Counted from the stretch's first letter, positions 13,161-21,186 are shown. The stretch: DNA of 32,000 nt from Erysipelothrix inopinata (GCF_014396165.1 NZ_CP060715.1:1860001-1892000), one strand, 5' to 3'. Numbers and translations: made by a program. The notes: generated by a model from the letters alone, not told the origin.

Positions 13161-13189
13161 AAATAGAAAAGAGCACCTAAATGGTGCTC
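13161..13189 (-). terminator. Rho-independent terminator after the 49-aa ORF
   Basis: Stem GAGCACC/GGTGCTC (13171-13177 / 13183-13189), 5-nt loop, then TTTTCTATTT on the minus strand. Begins 4 nt after the stop codon at 13193. Confidence 0.6.
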
Positions 13190-13192
13190 AAT

Positions 13193-13342
13193 CTACTGAG
13201 ATGAATCTTTCAATAAAAATATACCCAGAATCAAAATAAGAATTCCTGTGTTAATATAGAAAGCTCGAATTTGATTTTGAGACAAGAGCAAGACAGACAT
13301 CGTCACACCGTAACTTATTAAAACAATCGACTTATGAATCAT
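13193..13342 (-). CDS. Unannotated 49-aa two-TM peptide (candidate immunity protein): MIHKSIVLISYGVTMSVLLLSQNQIRAFYINTGILILILGIFLLKDSSQ
   Basis: Hand translation of the minus strand. ATG 13342-13340 begins 1 nt after the TGA (13346-13344) of the upstream peptide gene. TAG stop at 13195-13193, followed by a terminator. Below the 60-aa cutoff of the ORF track. Confidence 0.45.
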   Translation of the reverse strand: MIHKSIVLISYGVTMSVLLLSQNQIRAFYINTGILILILGIFLLKDSSQ

Positions 13343-13343
13343 T

Positions 13344-13688
13344 TCAATAAAATTTCCGATACGTTCCTAAGTAATTAACGACAAATGCCGCACCCAGTCC
13401 TACGATACCCGAAAATATCGGTCCACCCATTGTATTCGCAATATTCATGATACTACCACCCACATTTCGAACAAGTAACCCTTTCCCAGCATTTAAATAT
13501 TGGAGTGCATAGGGGCTCGTTTTACCTAGAGTTCTACTTATTGTATTCACAATGGTATAAACAGCAGCACTTTTTTTAGCCAGACCATAAAGGTTTTTTC
13601 CTAAAATTGCGGCATCAAAGCCTCCCCCAATCTCAATCATTTCTTCATGTCCCAGCAGGACAGCATTACTTGGGTACACTAAATCCAT
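13344..13688 (-). CDS. Double-glycine-leader peptide precursor (114 aa), candidate class II bacteriocin-like peptide
   Basis: The leader MDLVYPSNAVLLGHEEMIEIGGG has L(-12), E(-8), M(-7), I(-4), G(-2), G(-1). The 91-aa mature part has 6 K, 3 R, 1 D, 0 E, no Cys, and a Gly-rich hydrophobic C-terminus. GGAAGGAAG SD. Confidence 0.6.
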   Translation of the reverse strand: MDLVYPSNAVLLGHEEMIEIGGGFDAAILGKNLYGLAKKSAAVYTIVNTISRTLGKTSPYALQYLNAGKGLLVRNVGGSIMNIANTMGGPIFSGIVGLGAAFVVNYLGTYRKFY

Positions 13689-13744
13689 TAAATCTTCCTT
13701 CCTTTTATGTCACACCTCTAAGTACGCATGTCCTCATAGGTTCC

Positions 13745-13774
13745 TAAAAAAAAAGAAGTTGCATTCAACTTCTT
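13745..13774 (-). terminator. Rho-independent terminator after the TM2-domain gene
   Basis: 9-bp stem AAGAAGTTG/CAACTTCTT (13753-13761 / 13766-13774), 4-nt loop, run of 8-9 U on the minus strand. Confidence 0.72.
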
Positions 13775-13775
13775 A

Positions 13776-14138
13776 CTATATCATCAATAATTGGTTCAAA
13801 TTATAATCACGTACACGGCCTTGAATTTGGAAAATATCAATCAACCAAAGTAAACCACACAGACCACCTGTTACCAACTTAAGTAATCCCATTCCGATAT
13901 CTCCCATCAAGAATCGATCCAGCCCAAACTCACCAAAAAATATTGAGACAATTAACATCATCGTCGGATCTTTAAACTGCATAGACATTGCAAAGAGAAA
14001 TTGATGATCCGTCATTCCCATTAGTCGATTGTGAACAAACGGAATTTGTGCGTTATCAAAATACTTTCCGTTATTCATTAAAAACATACGGACTTCACGT
14101 TCGCGTAAATCACGCATTGTATCGTTAGATTCAGTCAT
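13776..14138 (-). CDS. TM2 domain-containing membrane protein
   Basis: C-terminal FGEFGLDRFLMGDIGMGLLKLVTGGLCGLLWLIDIF matches the TM2 pattern (G.DRF..G....G..KL.T.GG.G.W...D). Start set to ATG 14138 (MTESND), 7 nt after AGGAG. Confidence 0.75.
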   Translation of the reverse strand: MTESNDTMRDLREREVRMFLMNNGKYFDNAQIPFVHNRLMGMTDHQFLFAMSMQFKDPTMMLIVSIFFGEFGLDRFLMGDIGMGLLKLVTGGLCGLLWLIDIFQIQGRVRDYNLNQLLMI

Positions 14139-14182
14139 AGAAACACTCCTTCCGTTTTTATAAGTATATTTTATCACGCTCA

Positions 14183-14527
14183 TTAAGGGATGTATAGAAA
14201 TATGGCTCTATAAAGAAATACGACAACAAAAACAGTCGTTAATATAAAGAGTAACTTTTGGCTTCGTTTCGAATTTATCCAATCCGCAAGAACCATTACA
14301 TACAAAGGCGCTAACCAAAAGAGTGGATGAAAGTATAAAGCATCTGAGATGTTTAAATTCAAAAAGGAAATCCAAGCACGACTCATTCCACAAAAGGGAC
14401 ATGGAAGATGAAATACAAACCGACTTAAACATCCGATTTGCAGGATATTAATGACCCCTACAAAAATCAAGGCCAGAATTACGAACTCTCGATTTTTTCG
14501 AGTATTCCAATTCTTAAATGCATTCAT
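14183..14527 (-). CDS. DUF2752 domain-containing membrane protein
   Basis: CPFCGMSRA motif (CP.CG.TR-like) followed by hydrophobic helices. Start set to ATG 14527 (MNAFKNW) behind AAAGGTGG. Confidence 0.7.
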   Translation of the reverse strand: MNAFKNWNTRKNREFVILALIFVGVINILQIGCLSRFVFHLPCPFCGMSRAWISFLNLNISDALYFHPLFWLAPLYVMVLADWINSKRSQKLLFILTTVFVVVFLYRAIFLYIP

Positions 14528-14666
14528 GATTTGACCACCTTTCGTTGTAATTGTTTTCACACCCTCTGAAATATTTACATATTTACCTGAAAACTGTTTC
14601 ACTTTGTGTTAAATTATGTTACCATCTTCAACATAGAAGGAAATTATATATTAAGGAGTGATTTAT

Positions 14667-15857
14667 ATGGAAGTTTTTATGAACAGCTTTGTCATCGACA
14701 ATAGCTTCTTCTATTTTACCATTATTATGATGGTATTTGCGATTGGAGATTGGGTTGGTATTTTATCAAAAGCCAAGATTTCATCAGTATTTGTGGTAAT
14801 GCTGGTATTTCTTCTTGGTTTCATGTTTGGTATCTTTCCAGAAGATATCGTGGAAAAGGCAAAATTAACGCAACTTGCGAGCATGGCTGCAGCCATCCTT
14901 ATATTCCACATGGGAACCATGATAAATCTCAAACAATTGATTGCGGAATGGAAAACAGTAGTTACAGCAGCATTATCCATGGTGGTTGTGGGTCTTGCAT
15001 GTTTATTATTAATCCCAGTTATTGGTAAAGAAAACGCAATTGTCGCAATTCCGGTATTAAATGGCGGTATTATTTCGACACAAATTATGTCCCAAGCAGC
15101 AACACAAGCTAATTTAGAGATAGCTGCTGTGTTCGCAGCCATACTTTATGCCGTAAAGAAATTTGCCGGATCGTATCCCGCATCCTTTGTCGGTATGAAA
15201 GAAGCAAAATCAGTACTTAATGATTATCGAAATAATCCAAAACAAACAGTAGCTAAAGAGAACATGACTGAAAAAGCAGGATTCGCACAAACACATGAAC
15301 GTTATTTTACTGATTTCACGTGTCTAATGATTAGTGTTTTATTCGCTTGGTTATCGGTCTCCCTTAACAAAATATTCCCAAGTATTAATTATTCGCTTTG
15401 GGCACTCGCTTTCGGAGCAATTCTCGGATATAAAAAATGGGTTCCAGCCAAGATACTCGAAAAAGGAAAATCATCCGGATTTTTCTCAATGTTAGTGTAC
15501 GTCTCAATCCTCCCTTCCCTTGCAAAGGTTAAACTCTCGGATTTGGGAACTCTTGGTTTTTATATCGTTATTACACTCGCTGTCACAATTCTTGTTCTTT
15601 ACCTCGTCTTCTCTGTACTTCCGGGATGGAAATTGGTTAAGTCCAAGCACCTCGCATTTGGTATTTCTTTATGTCAATATCTTGGTTTTCCCGCAACATA
15701 CTTGATTGCTCAAGAAATATCAAAATCAGTTACAGATGATGAAACAGAACAACAAGTTGTCTTGGATCATATTATGCCAAGTTATGTTGTTGCTGGTATG
15801 GCTACGGTCACAACTTTATCGATTGTTGTCGCAAGTTTCTTAGTTAATTATATTTAG
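14667..15857 (+). CDS. Uncharacterised polytopic transporter-like membrane protein (about 396 aa), co-transcribed with the GGT-family gene
   Basis: About 10-12 hydrophobic segments split by a hydrophilic central loop. AGGAG lies 8-9 nt upstream of ATG 14667. Only 9 nt separate it from the next gene. I could not assign a family by eye. Confidence 0.6.
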   Translation: MEVFMNSFVIDNSFFYFTIIMMVFAIGDWVGILSKAKISSVFVVMLVFLLGFMFGIFPEDIVEKAKLTQLASMAAAILIFHMGTMINLKQLIAEWKTVVTAALSMVVVGLACLLLIPVIGKENAIVAIPVLNGGIISTQIMSQAATQANLEIAAVFAAILYAVKKFAGSYPASFVGMKEAKSVLNDYRNNPKQTVAKENMTEKAGFAQTHERYFTDFTCLMISVLFAWLSVSLNKIFPSINYSLWALAFGAILGYKKWVPAKILEKGKSSGFFSMLVYVSILPSLAKVKLSDLGTLGFYIVITLAVTILVLYLVFSVLPGWKLVKSKHLAFGISLCQYLGFPATYLIAQEISKSVTDDETEQQVVLDHIMPSYVVAGMATVTTLSIVVASFLVNYI

Positions 15858-15866
15858 GAGGTTATT

Positions 15867-17480
15867 ATGAAATTTGATCCATATATGTATCGTTACCCCT
15901 CTCGTAGAAATCTCGTTTACGGAAAAAACGGGATGGTAGGTAGCGCCAGTCCGCTCGCATGTCAAATCGGATTGGATATTATGAAAAAAGGTGGTAATGC
16001 CGTTGATGCGGCGATAGCAACCGCTGCGGCACTCACCGTCGTTGAGCCCTCTGGAAACGGAATTGGGGGCGATTGCTTTGCAATTGTTTGGATTGAAGGC
16101 GAAATGTATGGCCTCAATGCAAGCGGTGCTGCTCCCTTGAAAATGACCTCTGAAGCCATCCAAAGTAAAGGTTACAAAGAAATTACAAAGTTTGGTTTGG
16201 ATCCTGTATCCGTACCAGGTGTTCCAAGCGGCTGGGCTGCTTTATCAGAACGCTTTGGCAAGCTTCCCCTAAGTGATGTCTTAGAACCCGCTGCAAAATT
16301 AGCCGAAGAAGGCTTCCCAGTATCTGTGAATGTTTCCCGATTATGGAATCGTTATTATAAAATATATAGCAATGCATTGAAAGACTACCCTGTACTTCAA
16401 ACATGGTTCGATACTTTCTGTCCGAATGGGCATCCCCTTCAAGCTGGTGAACTTTTCAAATCAGAAGGACATGCGAAAACACTTCGTGAAATTGGCGCTA
16501 CAAACGCCGCATCATTTTATACAGGAGCAATCGCTGATGAAATCGATGCATTCTCACGTGAACATGGAGGTTTCATTCGCAAAGAAGACCTTGCAAACCA
16601 TCAAGTAGAATGGGTTAAGCCTCTCAGCGTAAATTATCGTGGCTACGATGTATGGGAACTCCCTCCCAATGGCATCGGAATCATGGCCCTTATGGCACTC
16701 AACATCCTTGAAAATTTCGACTTGAAAGGTAAAGAAGAAACAGATACCTATCACTATCAAATCGAAGCGATGAAACTTGCATTTTCAGATGGTATGGCTT
16801 ATATTGGTGAACCTTCATCAATGCGCGCTGATGTTGATACACTAATTTCCAAGGAATACGCAAAACAAAGAGCCGCCCTTATCCAAGAAGGTGAATCCTT
16901 GACGCCAAGTCCTGGTGAGCTTGATAAAGCAGGTACTGTATATTTTTCAACCGCTGATAAAGATGGCAACATGGTTTCGTTTATTCAAAGTTGCTACACC
17001 GGGTTTGGTTCAGGTGCAGTAGTCCCAGGATACGGCATTAGCCTCCACAATCGAGGCTGTCAATTCACCCTTGAACCCAACCACCCCAACGAATTAAAAC
17101 CCGGTAAACGTCCACTTCATACCATTATTCCTGGATTCATTACCAAAGATAATCAACCAGTCGGACCTTTTGGTGTTATGGGTGGCCCCTTGCAACCTCA
17201 AGCACATATGCAGGTCGTAAGTAGTATGGTTGATTTCCATCTTAATCCTCAGGATGCATTAGATGCTCCTCGCTGGCAATGGGTTAGTGGTAAAAAAGTT
17301 CAAGTTGAACATGCACTTCCATTTCACATCACCGAAGCATTGATGCGACGAGGTCATGAAATTGAAGTCCTCAATGAAACAATCATGTTAGGTAGAGGTC
17401 AAATAATCATCCGAAACAAAGACGGTGTTCTTGTCGGAGGAACCGAACCAAGATCTGATGGATATCTTGCTGTCTGGTAA
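15867..17480 (+). CDS. Gamma-glutamyltransferase family protein, no signal peptide (cytoplasmic, YwrD-like)
   Basis: GGNAVDAAIA, the autoprocessing-site context GTVYFSTADKDGNMVSFIQS, and GVMGGP motifs. The N-terminus MKFDPYMYRYPSRRN is hydrophilic. AGGAGG SD. Confidence 0.9.
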   Translation: MKFDPYMYRYPSRRNLVYGKNGMVGSASPLACQIGLDIMKKGGNAVDAAIATAAALTVVEPSGNGIGGDCFAIVWIEGEMYGLNASGAAPLKMTSEAIQSKGYKEITKFGLDPVSVPGVPSGWAALSERFGKLPLSDVLEPAAKLAEEGFPVSVNVSRLWNRYYKIYSNALKDYPVLQTWFDTFCPNGHPLQAGELFKSEGHAKTLREIGATNAASFYTGAIADEIDAFSREHGGFIRKEDLANHQVEWVKPLSVNYRGYDVWELPPNGIGIMALMALNILENFDLKGKEETDTYHYQIEAMKLAFSDGMAYIGEPSSMRADVDTLISKEYAKQRAALIQEGESLTPSPGELDKAGTVYFSTADKDGNMVSFIQSCYTGFGSGAVVPGYGISLHNRGCQFTLEPNHPNELKPGKRPLHTIIPGFITKDNQPVGPFGVMGGPLQPQAHMQVVSSMVDFHLNPQDALDAPRWQWVSGKKVQVEHALPFHITEALMRRGHEIEVLNETIMLGRGQIIIRNKDGVLVGGTEPRSDGYLAVW

Positions 17481-17485
17481 CAATA

Positions 17486-17527
17486 AAAGCTGTAGTGAAC
17501 TTAATATCATTCACTACAGCTTTTACT
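17486..17527. terminator. Bidirectional rho-independent terminator
   Basis: Perfect 14-bp stem AAAGCTGTAGTGAA/TTCACTACAGCTTT (17486-17499 / 17510-17523), flanked by an A-run and a T-run. Lies between convergent genes. Confidence 0.82.
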
Positions 17528-17536
17528 TTGTATGTT

Positions 17537-18376
17537 TTAACTTGCATCAACCCAAAGATGATATTTATGACACTTTAAGCAACGAAACAGATAACCACAA
17601 AGATGACCATCCTTTGTAAGATAAGGTCGAATATCTTCATATTCATTTCGTCTTTCATAAGCTTCAATAACTTCATCCGCGATATCCATGTCTTCTAACT
17701 CTTCAGTTCCGACAGTTCCTAAATAAGCACAATAATCATCACAGCACGTCAACCAGTTTTCTCCTTGCCAACTAATATAACCTGGAGTTCTTTCAAATAA
17801 CTCGCTGTATTTCTCTTTATCGATCAGCTCATTGGATTCTGCACTTTGAGAAAAAGTAGCCTTATATTTTAAGGCAGCAGTTCCATCCGCAATACACCCA
17901 GGACAAATATGTTCAACATTCTCAATGCAGTAAGGCATACTCGAATAGATTACCATCGTTTCTTTGGTACATGCCGGACATACTTCCGACTCATCAAGTA
18001 TTTCAAAAGCACCTGTTCGTAAAGGATTGGGATGATATTTAAATGTTGGAATCTGGTAACGCAAATTTTTGTTCTTTATTTCCTCTTCTGTCTCGATGTA
18101 CTTGGACAGAAGATTTCCATAATTTTTGTTCAAACCTGCAATTTTCGTATACGTCTTCATATTGCTTGTATCTTGTTTATTTATAGTCTTTCCAAGCAAC
18201 TTATATGCTGAGTGATACATCTTCAGGGATAAATAAGTATTATTGAGTGTATCGTTATCTGTGCCGTCAAGTTCCAATTCATCCTTCAATCGCGATAATT
18301 CATAATAAACATCAACTTTTGGAGAATGCGTTTCAAGTTCTTTTACTAACTCTAAGTACCGATTTTGAAACGTCAT
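17537..18376 (-). CDS. CbrC (UPF0167) family protein with an N-terminal helical extension of about 100 aa
   Basis: Residues from about 102 to 279 follow the CbrC pattern: FKYHPNPLRTG...CPAC...ICPGCIADG...TPGYISWQGENWLTCCDD...YLFRCLKCHKY. The monocistronic gene lies between two hairpins. Confidence 0.72.
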   Translation of the reverse strand: MTFQNRYLELVKELETHSPKVDVYYELSRLKDELELDGTDNDTLNNTYLSLKMYHSAYKLLGKTINKQDTSNMKTYTKIAGLNKNYGNLLSKYIETEEEIKNKNLRYQIPTFKYHPNPLRTGAFEILDESEVCPACTKETMVIYSSMPYCIENVEHICPGCIADGTAALKYKATFSQSAESNELIDKEKYSELFERTPGYISWQGENWLTCCDDYCAYLGTVGTEELEDMDIADEVIEAYERRNEYEDIRPYLTKDGHLCGYLFRCLKCHKYHLWVDAS

Positions 18377-18423
18377 AGATTTTTCCTTCTTTCTTTTATT
18401 TATACTATTTTACCGTTTAATAA

Positions 18424-18477
18424 AATTGACTGCAACGACTCTAGATTTTTGAATCAGAGTTTTAATTGCAGTCAATT
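18424..18477 (-). terminator. Large hairpin downstream of ppdK (probable terminator with a poor U-tract)
   Basis: Perfect 12-bp inverted repeat AATTGACTGCAA/TTGCAGTCAATT (18424-18435 / 18466-18477) with a 30-nt interior that contains a 5-bp inner stem. No clean T-run on either side. Confidence 0.45.
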
Positions 18478-18482
18478 AAATG

Positions 18483-21080
18483 TTATTTAGTTTGTGCTAC
18501 ACAAATTCGAGCAATTGGAACTCTAAACGGTGAACAAGACACGTAATTAAATCCCAACTTCTTAAAGAATTCGATAGAACGTGGATCACCACCGTGCTCA
18601 CCACAGACACCAATTTTAATGTCAGGTTTTATTGAACGTGCTTTATGATAAGCAAGCTCAATGAGTTGCCCAACACCTTCAGTGTCTAACGAAGCAAAAG
18701 GATCCTTTGTAATGATTCCCAATCGATCATAATCTCTTAAGAATTCACCGGCATCATCACGAGAGAATCCAAATGACATTTGAGTAAGGTCATTGGTTCC
18801 AAACGAAATGAAATCAACACTTTTCGCAATTTGATCTGCCATGACACAAGCTCTTGGTAACTCGATCATCGTTCCAACACGATAGTTGAGCGATAACTCA
18901 TGCTCATTAATAATTTTATCTGCTAATTCACGAATTCTCATCGCTAGGAAATTAAATTCTTTCACATCTCCTACTAGAGGAATCATGATTTCAGGTTGCA
19001 CATCGTAACCTTCTGTTTTCTTCACTTCTAGTGCAGCTTCAATAATAGCCCGTGTTTGCATCATCGCAATTTCAGGATAACTAATAGCAAGACGGCAACC
19101 ACGATGACCCATCATTGGGTTATATTCGTGTAAAGAACGAATGACAGTTTTAATATCAGATACCCCCATTGACATGATACTTGCCAATTCCTCAATTTCT
19201 TGAGTTGTCGTTGGCATAAATTCATGAAGTGGTGGATCGAGATAACGAATGGTTACGGGTAACTCTTTCATGACACTAAAGATATCTACGAAGTCTTGAC
19301 GTTGAATTGGCAAGAGTTTTTCGAGTGCTTTTTCACGTTGAACTGTCGTTTGACTGAGTATCATTTCGCGCATAGCACGGATTCGATTCTTTTCAAAGAA
19401 CATGTGTTCTGTTCGAATAAGACCAATGCCTCGTGCACCGTATTCCAATGCTTTTGCAGCATCTTTTGGTGTATCCGCATTTGTATATACTTTTACGGTA
19501 GCCAGTTCATCTGCCCATGTAAGTAATGTTTTAAACTCATCCGACAAGAGTCCTGGTTGAGTTCCAATACGTCCTTCATATACAAAGCCTGTGCTACCAT
19601 CAATGGAGATAAGATCTCCTTCACGATAAGTTTTACCTTTTATGATTGCTGTTTTATTTTCTTTGACCGCAACTTCACTACATCCTACAATACAAGATTT
19701 ACCCATACCACGCGCAACAACTGCTGCATGAGATGTCATCCCACCTCGACTTGTAAGAATACCACTTGATACATGCATTCCTTCAATATCTTCAGGAGAT
19801 GTCTCAAGACGCACAAGGATACATGGTGTTCCCTTTTCAAAGTATTTAAGCGCTGTAGTTGCATCAAATACAATGGCACCACTTGCAGCCCCTGGTGATG
19901 CAGGAAGCCCCTTCGCAATCATATCCGCAACTGACAATGCTTTCTCATCAAATTGAGGATGTAATAACCCTTCAAGGATTTGCGTATCCAATTGGTTAAT
20001 CGCTTCTTGTTTGGTGATAATACCTTCCTCAACCATATCGTAAGCAATCTGTACTGCCGCTTGAGCTGTACGTTTACCATTTCTTGTTTGCAACATAAAG
20101 AGTTTTCCTTTTTCAATCGTAAACTCCATATCTTGCATATCACGATAATGATGTTCTAATTTTTGAGATAAATCATAGAATTCTTGATAAGCTTCTGGCA
20201 TTGTTTTTTCAAGTTGATCGATAGTTAATGGCGTATGAGTTCCTGCCACAACATCTTCACCTTGAGCATTAAATAAGAATTCACCATAAAGCATCTTCTC
20301 TCCGGAAGCAGGGTTACGTGAGAAAGCAACACCCGTTGCACAACCTTCCCCCTTGTTTCCAAAGACCATTTCCTGAATATTTACAGCCGTTCCCCACGAT
20401 TCAGGAATATCATGCATCTTACGGTAATAAATTGCACGAGGATTATTCCATGAACGGAAGACAGCTTCAATAGCTTCCATTAATTGTACTCGTGGATCTT
20501 GAGGGAATGGTTCATTTGCATGATACTCATATATAACTTTATAGCGACGTACAAGTCCCTTTAGAGCATCCAAATCCAAATCATGATCCGAGTCAATGCC
20601 TGTTTCTTTTAAAACAAACTCTAATTCTTGATCAAAATATTTCTTATCAATCTCTTTCACAACATCTGCATACATCTGAATTAAACGTCTGTATGAATCA
20701 AATGCTGTTCTGGCATCATCTTGCGCCATAACTTCCACAACGTCATCAGTTAGTCCTAAATTAAGGACAGTGTCCATCATTCCAGGCATGGATGCACGTG
20801 CACCACTTCGAACTGAAACTAATAGAGGATTATGTGTTCCCCCAAATTGCTTGTTAGATACTGCTTCCAAGCGTGCGAGTTTTTCAAATATTTCTTTTTG
20901 AATACTCTTAGAAATTACTTTGTTTTCTTTGTAATAATCATTACAAGCTGCAGTTGATACAGTGAAACCTTGAGGTACAGGAAATCCTAATTGCGTCATT
21001 TCCGCTAAATTTGCGCCTTTACCACCAAGGACATCACGCATTGCTGCATTACCTTCACTAAACATATACACAAATTGCAT
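18483..21080 (-). CDS. ppdK: Pyruvate, phosphate dikinase
   Basis: 865 aa. N-terminal ATP-grasp GGKGANLAEM, phospho-His region GGMTSHAAVVARG, C-terminal PEP-utilising TIM barrel. AGAGGAGG SD. Confidence 0.95.
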   Translation of the reverse strand: MQFVYMFSEGNAAMRDVLGGKGANLAEMTQLGFPVPQGFTVSTAACNDYYKENKVISKSIQKEIFEKLARLEAVSNKQFGGTHNPLLVSVRSGARASMPGMMDTVLNLGLTDDVVEVMAQDDARTAFDSYRRLIQMYADVVKEIDKKYFDQELEFVLKETGIDSDHDLDLDALKGLVRRYKVIYEYHANEPFPQDPRVQLMEAIEAVFRSWNNPRAIYYRKMHDIPESWGTAVNIQEMVFGNKGEGCATGVAFSRNPASGEKMLYGEFLFNAQGEDVVAGTHTPLTIDQLEKTMPEAYQEFYDLSQKLEHHYRDMQDMEFTIEKGKLFMLQTRNGKRTAQAAVQIAYDMVEEGIITKQEAINQLDTQILEGLLHPQFDEKALSVADMIAKGLPASPGAASGAIVFDATTALKYFEKGTPCILVRLETSPEDIEGMHVSSGILTSRGGMTSHAAVVARGMGKSCIVGCSEVAVKENKTAIIKGKTYREGDLISIDGSTGFVYEGRIGTQPGLLSDEFKTLLTWADELATVKVYTNADTPKDAAKALEYGARGIGLIRTEHMFFEKNRIRAMREMILSQTTVQREKALEKLLPIQRQDFVDIFSVMKELPVTIRYLDPPLHEFMPTTTQEIEELASIMSMGVSDIKTVIRSLHEYNPMMGHRGCRLAISYPEIAMMQTRAIIEAALEVKKTEGYDVQPEIMIPLVGDVKEFNFLAMRIRELADKIINEHELSLNYRVGTMIELPRACVMADQIAKSVDFISFGTNDLTQMSFGFSRDDAGEFLRDYDRLGIITKDPFASLDTEGVGQLIELAYHKARSIKPDIKIGVCGEHGGDPRSIEFFKKLGFNYVSCSPFRVPIARICVAQTK

Positions 21081-21107
21081 AGATTTTTATTCCTCCTCTA
21101 TACGAAC

Positions 21108-21129
21108 ATTATACATGTAAGCGCTTTAC
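21108..21129 (-). promoter_or_regulatory. Putative ppdK -10 box (TATAAT) with an adjacent cre-like palindrome
   Basis: Minus-strand TATAAT at 21113-21108. TGTAAGCGCTTTAC (21116-21129) matches the CcpA cre consensus TGWAANCGNTNWCA at 12 of 14 positions. No convincing -35 box. Confidence 0.35.
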
Positions 21130-21147
21130 GTTGTGTGAAATCGTGAA

Positions 21148-21177
21148 GAAAAAAGTAGAAATCATCGTGATTCCTAC
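21148..21177 (-). terminator. Rho-independent terminator of the licD / P-type ATPase unit
   Basis: Stem GTAGAAATCA/TGATTCCTAC (9 of 10 pairs), 3-nt loop, followed by TTTTTTCTTC on the minus strand. Confidence 0.65.
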
Positions 21178-21186
21178 TCCAGTCAT

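Noticed and set aside
13344-13688. Considered a circular bacteriocin, a holin or a type I toxin as alternatives for the 114-aa peptide
   Set aside because: Circular bacteriocins are about 58-70 aa and come with DUF95/ABC genes, which are absent here. Holins and type I toxins lack an anionic double-glycine leader. The GG-leader reading fits the sequence best, although it remains unproven.
14711-15142. 143-aa minus-strand ORF, and the 92-aa plus-strand ORF 14750..15028, inside the transporter gene
   Set aside because: Both are antisense or alternate-frame shadows of the 14667..15857 CDS. They have no start context and an Ala/Thr/Ile-rich mirror composition.
15840-16163. 107-aa minus-strand ORF overlapping the GGT 5' region
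   Set aside because: It is antisense to a strongly supported CDS, crosses the transporter-GGT junction, and has no translation signals.
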